Shown here: positions 62,901 to 64,000 of the stretch, in pieces
Layout: every line of letters begins with the position of its first letter
How positions within the stretch are numbered: the first letter of the stretch is position 1
NCBI GenBank assembly: GCA_977017575.1
Contig: CDRNVI010000065.1
Location: 62,001 to 126,000, forward strand
Direction: 5' to 3'
Length of the DNA stretch: 64,000 nt
Source of the DNA: Paramoeba atlantica
Taxonomy: Eukaryota; Protista; Discosea
Notes under the pieces: generated by a model
The model's database searches: none
Told to the model about the DNA's origin: nothing
Seen by the model: the letters and a program-made list of their open reading frames with translations, nothing else
Program-made: the position numbers and the translations under genes

Positions 62901-63993
62901 CGAAAGCATTTCGATTCATGATATTATGTGCCTCACCCGTCGGGTAGATATACCAGGCATTCGTTGACATAACACTCTCCTTCTTTGCGGCAGTTAACGC
63001 AAGGGCTGTAAGCAAGATTTGATGGAGCAGAAGAATAAATGCAAGTGTAAAATTTAATTTCTTGTCTAGAGATGAGACTTTTGGAGGACGTGAGGGCTTT
63101 AGATTTCGGAACAGTTTGGTATCCCATCCGGTGTATACGACGACACCGACGACCCAAGACGTGTGCCGTAAAACAGATCCGCGGTATAACAAATTTTCCA
63201 CTGTGAGAGAGAAGGTTTTACCTTGTGCTTCAAGAAGACCATTCCAAAACATTAATGTTGGACTCGGGGCTTCGACGCGAAACCTCATAGAGCATGAGTG
63301 CAATACTTCATAAAGCTGTTTTAGTTGTAATTCTGTCGGGAAATCCCCGTACTCCTTGTTTGCATTCGAATGTGAATTGTCTTCGAATACTTTACTTGAG
63401 TACGAAAGCATCTTATCGTTAAACCACTTTTTTCCTCTACGAAGCTTAACTGTAGCCTCCCCGTCTAAATGGGATGTGTCAATATAAGCGATGTTATCGT
63501 TTCCAGAAGAGTAAAGCATGGCAACGTCAGCCATAATTTCTTCATTTTTTCGGAGAAGAATGACGTCTCCCACCCGCAAATCAGATGAGGAAGCATGATA
63601 CAGATTGTGATTAAGAGGCAAGTTCAACTCGGCTTCACTGCTCTGAAGTTGTCGCGAGAAGAGAGAAATGGGTGCCGAATTGGCTGATTTGTCTGCTCGG
63701 TAACGTTGATATTCCTCATAAGCATTTCGCAAAATTGCAACCACAAGAACAAATATAAGCGGTAACGTTGCCGTGATAGGATCTAGAGGAGATATACCGG
63801 GAAGAAAAGCTAAAACACTAGTCAACAAGAAGAAAATATTGGACAAAATACATAGCTGGTGGTATATCTGCAAAGGAAGAAAGCTCCATAGGGTGTATTT
63901 TGTTGTCCGTATGTAGTTCGTCTTTGAACTTGATTCGATATTCTTTTCACCAGTTCCTTGAATCGTAACATTAACGTCAATTGCACCGTTCAT
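59974..63993 (-). CDS. P4-type ATPase (phospholipid flippase)
   Basis: NYIRTTKYT, LDGE, IPVSLFVTLE, FTDKTGTLTEN, SPDEIALV, GTTAIEDRLQDGVPETI, WLLTGD, VGDGANDVSMIQEA and GREGSQAVLASDY. The frame is open to the window edge, so the start may lie further out. Confidence 0.95.
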   Translation of the reverse strand: MNGAIDVNVTIQGTGEKNIESSSKTNYIRTTKYTLWSFLPLQIYHQLCILSNIFFLLTSVLAFLPGISPLDPITATLPLIFVLVVAILRNAYEEYQRYRADKSANSAPISLFSRQLQSSEAELNLPLNHNLYHASSSDLRVGDVILLRKNEEIMADVAMLYSSGNDNIAYIDTSHLDGEATVKLRRGKKWFNDKMLSYSSKVFEDNSHSNANKEYGDFPTELQLKQLYEVLHSCSMRFRVEAPSPTLMFWNGLLEAQGKTFSLTVENLLYRGSVLRHTSWVVGVVVYTGWDTKLFRNLKPSRPPKVSSLDKKLNFTLAFILLLHQILLTALALTAAKKESVMSTNAWYIYPTGEAHNIMNRNAFVDFISRYMTYFVLLSYMIPVSLFVTLEVCKAVQGYYINQDPELSFCDKVSGYTRQSLARTTNLNEQLSQVKHVFTDKTGTLTENVMHYVGGTIQNAYCMETVSRASSRRDTNDSGGRSPGGSVRSPANNSILIRPDRNLSIGKLLRTPSTFKHSPLPMNDTIFESPIKITIACESLYWRSLALCNQVLPLPKGLNRAVLQENKNSSSLPDRRIFRALFRLWDIFLQIAGVSTYKRHEETVHQSLPSTEDLKDERYPRELAFEGHSPDEIALVKGAANHGVTLIHRDEFISTIAVEAGEIWENSPVFEAHEKRINGQIESAAAFLSSSFSYKFEKYVREAELEFTPQRKMMSTVLRDPNGRLIMFTKGADSSVLPIIFPCENEEHPSPQGRAIDVTRQALHEFGTCGLRTLVFAYKYLEEDDFSIWDASYQDALQTLDTVERQEKIDLCCKSLEKDMSLLGTTAIEDRLQDGVPETIKSLRQAGIDVWLLTGDMRETALNVASQSGLVNWETDDIIHVGAENSKHESMSKKIEPLLPQERNGNECSFDGVQKQLEDICKTYPVRSINKCQIYDEDLSYVDDELQTCLRGVCLVVNGPSVQFIIENHLELLLDVSRRISSVVCCRLTPLQKSSLVRAIQRGLHTPAQGKRRFSLDQTCEPSSTPCPLHWHLFKRFMNRIKRIIDLIFLYYERHITSSDVTAIAVGDGANDVSMIQEAKVGIGIMGREGSQAVLASDYALPRFRHLKRLLFVHGRYALYRNATCIGYSFYKNLLLSFCQIFYAWFAACSGTTMFDSWLLVFFNLFFTSLIPLSMGMWQKDHPEVLLESYPSLYVPLREKQQYFNIESMILFWLSTAVFQALVVFGLCYAFMQHDGLDSAHSLTLQHYGTMVFCTLLVLIHIQALTYARKQDKKHVYTIIGSFLICIAVLLLYTNMPVMTHTASFVSILTQLSRPFSMVPFLTTVLGALLVVFLGPHLT

Positions 63994-64000
63994 TTCGAAG

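Noticed and set aside
1-64000. Reassigned stop codons, SL RNA, rRNA or tRNA genes
   Set aside because: Long ORFs read through conserved motifs under the standard code and end in all three stops; no SL exon, rRNA or cloverleaf sequence was recognised by eye.

Overview
Gene-dense, intron-free eukaryotic DNA in which every recognisable host gene (about 26, from a PI4-kinase running off the left edge to a P4-ATPase at the right edge) lies on the minus strand. This one-directional layout, plus an ATP synthase OSCP of the divergent kinetoplastid type, points to a kinetoplastid polycistronic unit; a non-trypanosomatid lineage such as Perkinsela is an inference, not shown. The standard genetic code fits (TAA, TAG and TGA all end long ORFs). 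Blocks of housekeeping genes (NOL10, NAF1, XPB, eIF4E, MFS transporter, zinc-finger proteins, thioredoxin, CPSF73, MMS19, OSCP, syntaxin, flippase) are interrupted by repeat islands at about 11.7-16.5, 18.2-21.5, 49.3-52.7 and 53.6-59.9 kb. The islands hold a near-complete Tc1/IS630-type DNA transposon (DD32E, about 104-bp TIRs, TA duplication), three more Tc1 relics, several MITE families, and relics of two site-specific-type non-LTR retrotransposons. The most striking object is a 1.63-kb element at 54595-56230. Its centre is the reverse complement of its joined ends, the geometry of a DIRS-type internal complementary region, and it reads like a DIRS circle opened at the ICR. Where the ORF track used TTG/GTG starts I moved the start to the first in-frame ATG. 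All family assignments are from motif recognition by eye; no searches were run.
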